In this document: positions 60,448-64,000 of the stretch, in pieces
Layout: every line of letters begins with the position of its first letter
How positions within the stretch are numbered: the first letter of the stretch is position 1
Translations under genes and position numbers: made by a program
Notes under the pieces: model-generated
What the model saw: the letters and a program-made list of their open reading frames with translations, nothing else
What the model was told of the DNA's origin: nothing
Databases searched by the model: none
DNA from: a candidate division WOR-3 bacterium
GTDB lineage: Bacteria; Hydrothermota; Tepidihabitantia; Tepidihabitantales; Tepidihabitantaceae
Assembly: GCA_965648905.1 (NCBI GenBank)
Contig: CBFGIT010000007.1
Coordinates: forward strand, 8,795-72,794
Length of the DNA stretch: 64,000 bases
Reading direction: 5' to 3'

Positions 60448-61575
60448 ATGTCCAAGGTGAAAGTCGGAATCATCGGTATCGGCAACTGCGCGTCGAGTCT
60501 GATTCAAGGTCTGCACTACTACCGGAACGCGAAGGAGGGAGATTCGATTCCCGGCATCATGCACACCAACCTCGGCGGATATCACATCAGCGACATTGAG
60601 CTGACGGTTGCCATTGACATCGACAAGCGCAAAGTCGGCAAGGACGTCGCCCAGGCAATCTACACCTACCCCAACAATACCTGGAAGTTCGCGGACGTGC
60701 CCAAGACCGGCGTGAAGGTCCTGCGCGGCATGACCCACGATGGACTGGGGTACTACCTGTCCCAGGTGATCGAGAAGGCACCCGGCCCCACCGCGGACAT
60801 TGTCCGGGCGCTCAAGGCCACCAAGACCGACGTCGTGGTCAACTTCCTGCCGGTCGGCAGCGAAGAGGCAACCAAGTGGTACGTCGAGCAGGTTCTCAAG
60901 GCCGGGTGCGCGTTCGTCAACGGCATCCCGGTGTTCATCGCCTCCCAGAAGTACTGGCACCGGCGGTTCAAGAACGCCGGCCTGCCCGTGCTCGGCGACG
61001 ACATCAAGTCTCAGGTCGGGGCGACGATTGTCCATCGGATGCTGGTCTCGCTCTTCAACGACCGGGGTGTGAAGCTCCTGAAGACGATGCAGCTCAACGT
61101 CGGCGGCAACACCGACTTCCTGAACATGCTCGAACGCGAGCGGCTGCACTCCAAGAAAATCTCCAAGACCGGGGCGGTGACTTCGCTGCTCAAGTACGAC
61201 ATCGGGGCCGAGAACGTCCATGTCGGCCCTTCCGACTACGTTGCCTGGCTCAAGGACCGGAAGTGGTGCTACCTGCGGATGGAGGGTCAGACGTTCGGCG
61301 ACGTGCCGTTGAACGTCGAGCTGAAACTCGAGGTCTGGGACTCGCCCAACTCAGCCGGCGTGATGATTGATGCCATCCGCTGCGCCAAGCTGGCGCTCGA
61401 TGCCGGTCTGTCCGGCAGCATCATCGAGCCGTCAAGCTACTTCTTCAAAACCCCGCCGGTTCAGTTCCCGGACGACGTCTGCCGCGACAAGACCGAGGCC
61501 TACATCCGCCGCTATGCCCACCGGCCGGCCAGCACCGCGCGCGTTGACCGGCCGGCAAAGCCGGCCAAGCGCTAG
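60448..61575 (+). CDS. ino1: inositol-3-phosphate synthase
   Basis: [43 protein letters not shown]. Confidence 0.96.
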   Translation: MSKVKVGIIGIGNCASSLIQGLHYYRNAKEGDSIPGIMHTNLGGYHISDIELTVAIDIDKRKVGKDVAQAIYTYPNNTWKFADVPKTGVKVLRGMTHDGLGYYLSQVIEKAPGPTADIVRALKATKTDVVVNFLPVGSEEATKWYVEQVLKAGCAFVNGIPVFIASQKYWHRRFKNAGLPVLGDDIKSQVGATIVHRMLVSLFNDRGVKLLKTMQLNVGGNTDFLNMLERERLHSKKISKTGAVTSLLKYDIGAENVHVGPSDYVAWLKDRKWCYLRMEGQTFGDVPLNVELKLEVWDSPNSAGVMIDAIRCAKLALDAGLSGSIIEPSSYFFKTPPVQFPDDVCRDKTEAYIRRYAHRPASTARVDRPAKPAKR

Positions 61576-61610
61576 GGCCGGGAGTTCGCGTTTCGGGATC
61601 ATCGTCCAGC

Positions 61611-62249
61611 GTGCGCGGTGTACTCATCACGTTTGAGGGTATCGAAGGCTCGGGTAAGTCAACCCAGGCACAGCGCCTCGTTCAGTGGCTTCGGGATGTC
61701 GGACTGGCTGTCGAGTTCTCCCGCGAGCCGGGCGGAACTGAAATCGGCGAGCGCATCCGGACGATACTGCTTGACCCGGCGTGCCGGAACATGGATGGAT
61801 GGACCGAGCTGTTCCTCTACCTTGCCAGTCGGAGTCAGCACGTCCGCGAGCTTGTCCGACCAGCACTCGAGCGCGGCAGAATCGTGGTGCTCGACCGGTA
61901 TCTTGATTCATCAGTTGCCTACCAGGGTGCCGGGCGTGAGCTGGGTGCGCGGGTCGTCGCCCGCCTGAACAAGCTCGCAACCGCGGCCCTGAAGCCGCAA
62001 CTGACCCTGCTTTTCGACCTGCCGGTCGCGGTCGGCCGTGACCGGAAAGGAAACCAGGCTCTTGACAGACTGGAGCAGGAGCGGGTACAATTTCATGAGC
62101 GCGTGCGTGCCGGATACATCAAGCTGGCACGGCGCGCGGCTGGCCGATTCCGGATTCTCGACGGCAACCGACCGGCCGATGAGCTCGAAGCCGTCGTCCG
62201 AGAACACGTCCGCGAACTGCTGAACCGAAAGGGTATCTTGAGAAAATGA
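61611..62249 (+). CDS. tmk: thymidylate kinase
   Basis: FEGIEGSGKST, REPGGT, DRYLDSSVAYQG. Confidence 0.96.
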   Translation: MRGVLITFEGIEGSGKSTQAQRLVQWLRDVGLAVEFSREPGGTEIGERIRTILLDPACRNMDGWTELFLYLASRSQHVRELVRPALERGRIVVLDRYLDSSVAYQGAGRELGARVVARLNKLATAALKPQLTLLFDLPVAVGRDRKGNQALDRLEQERVQFHERVRAGYIKLARRAAGRFRILDGNRPADELEAVVREHVRELLNRKGILRK

Positions 62250-63802
62250 GAAGACGCGTCGCGTTGGTCATCGGGATTGCGGTCCTGGCATTGTGCCTGG
62301 GCGGCGTGTTCGGCCGACTCTGGGCACAGAAGGGGCCGAACTTCATGCAGACCCTGCGGACCTTCAGCCAGGTTGTGGACATCGTGCTCGCGACCTATGT
62401 CGAACGGGTTGACCCGGAGAAGCTCGTCCGTGAGGCAATCAAGGGGATGCTCAATTCGCTCGACCCCTACACCGAGTTCCTCGAAGAGGCCGACCTCAAG
62501 GAGTTGCGGGTGAGAACCGAGGGCCAGTTCGGCGGCATCGGCATCCACATCGGAACCATGGACGGTCAGCTCACGGTCATCGCACCGATGGAAGGCACTC
62601 CGGCCGAGCGCGCCGGTATCCGCAGCGGCGACCGGATTGCCCGCATCGAGGACAAGTCGACCGAAGGCTACACGACCGAGGATGCGGTCAAACTGCTGCG
62701 GGGCGAACCCGGGACCAAGGTCAAGCTCTCGATTGCCCGGCCCGGAGTGAGAGACCTGCTGCCTTTCGAGCTGACCCGAGCGGTCATCAGCATCAAGGCG
62801 GTCCCCTATGCCGGGATGCTGGAGGACGGTATCGGGTTCGTGCGTCTGGCCGACTTCTCCCGCGCTGCAACCCGTGAGCTCAGCCGTGCCATCGACTCGC
62901 TCTTTGCCGCGGGCGCGCAAAAGCTGGTGTTCGACCTGCGTTCAAACGGCGGCGGGCTCCTGACCGAAGGCCGGGACGTCTCTGACCTGTTCCTGCCCGC
63001 CGGGCGCGTCATTGTCCGCACCAAAGGCCGGGTTCCGGACAGCCATCGTGAGTTCACGTCCGAAGATGGCGACCGCCACGGCGACTTTCCACTGGTCGTG
63101 CTCGTTGACCGGGGCAGCGCTTCGGCGTCCGAGATTGTCGCCGGTGCGCTCCAAGACTGGGAACGGGGCCTGATTCTCGGCGATACGACCTTTGGCAAGG
63201 GGTCGGTGCAGACGATTCAGCAGCTTGGGCCGGACATCGCGGTCAAGGTGACGACCGCGTACTGGTACACGCCCAGCGGCCGATGCATCAACCGGCCCCA
63301 CGACAAGGACGGCGTCGTCATCGTTGATACGACTGCCCGGGATGCTCAGGAATTCAGGACCCTGGGCCGGCTCCGACGTCGGGTCTATGGCCGGGGTGCA
63401 ATCGTCCCGGACGTTTACCTGCCCTACGAGAAGCTCACCAACTTCGCCGCCCGGATTTCCCGCGATGCTTTTTTTGACTTTGCCGTTGACTACGTCAACG
63501 TTCACCCCGAAATGGTCAGCGGATTCGTGGCCGATGACGCAGTCGTCGACCAGTTCCGCGCCTATCTGAAGGCCGACAAGAAACTTGAGTTCACGGCAGT
63601 GGAGTTTGATTCCAGCCGCGAGTTCATCGCCGGGCAGATTGAGCGCGAGGTCGCGGGCAAGTTCAAGGGCCTATGGGGCGAGTATCAGGCCCGGATGCGG
63701 CGTGACCCGCAAGTGACCCGGGCGGTCGAACTGCTCAGGCCGGTCCGAACCACTGAGGAGCTTCTCAGCAGCCTGAACCAGACCGAAGGCGACAAGCGCT
63801 AG
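62246..63802 (+). CDS. ctpA: S41 C-terminal processing peptidase
   Basis: LDPYT, PDZ (FGGIGI), DLRSNGGG, SASASEIVAGALQD, TFGKGSVQ. Confidence 0.95.
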   Translation: MRRRVALVIGIAVLALCLGGVFGRLWAQKGPNFMQTLRTFSQVVDIVLATYVERVDPEKLVREAIKGMLNSLDPYTEFLEEADLKELRVRTEGQFGGIGIHIGTMDGQLTVIAPMEGTPAERAGIRSGDRIARIEDKSTEGYTTEDAVKLLRGEPGTKVKLSIARPGVRDLLPFELTRAVISIKAVPYAGMLEDGIGFVRLADFSRAATRELSRAIDSLFAAGAQKLVFDLRSNGGGLLTEGRDVSDLFLPAGRVIVRTKGRVPDSHREFTSEDGDRHGDFPLVVLVDRGSASASEIVAGALQDWERGLILGDTTFGKGSVQTIQQLGPDIAVKVTTAYWYTPSGRCINRPHDKDGVVIVDTTARDAQEFRTLGRLRRRVYGRGAIVPDVYLPYEKLTNFAARISRDAFFDFAVDYVNVHPEMVSGFVADDAVVDQFRAYLKADKKLEFTAVEFDSSREFIAGQIEREVAGKFKGLWGEYQARMRRDPQVTRAVELLRPVRTTEELLSSLNQTEGDKR

Positions 63803-64000
63803 TTCGGAGACCGCACTGCCGTACTCCTGCTCAATTGCCTGAACTCCCGGAAGTCGAGACGATTCGGCGCGCGCTCGAGCCTCAGCTTGTCGGGCAGAAG
63901 GTGTTGAGCGTCCGAGTCCGGCGACCCGACATCATCGGCTGGCCCGCTGTCGTGGCGGTCCGCCCGACCGCCCCCCGCCGCCCCCAACCCCCGCATTACC

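Noticed and set aside
63799..64000. Minus-strand ORF and C-rich tract at the window edge
   Set aside because: No motif recognised and truncated by the window; cannot tell a gene end from another repeat tract

Overview
GC-rich diderm bacterial chromosome segment (LptD, Lgt, TonB-dependent receptor, FlgD/T9SS-like C-terminal domains; the gene mix suggests candidate phylum WOR-3 or a relative, which is inference only). Mostly housekeeping: TldD/GNAT/DUF362 operon, pepP-efp-accC-comB operon, lexA-small ORF-dinB SOS cassette, rpmB with GDP-sugar genes, an S10-spc ribosomal cluster that stops after rplF and ends in tRNA-Glu, lgt/comF, FBP aldolase/phosphatase, long GreA, tsaC, S8 and S41 proteases, ino1, tmk, three tRNAs and two IS remnants (IS256, IS1380). 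No CRISPR array, rRNA or intact mobile element was seen. Most notable: (1) an uncharacterised four-gene membrane cluster (DUF6754-like) apparently built from two paralog pairs, one pair with inverted topology; (2) degenerate 12-bp-periodic intergenic arrays; (3) EF-P with a non-canonical loop; (4) a divergent biotin carboxylase with no adjacent accB; (5) a candidate SOS box on the lexA start; (6) promoters with 16-nt spacers and many apparently leaderless genes. All family calls come from motif recognition, not database searches.
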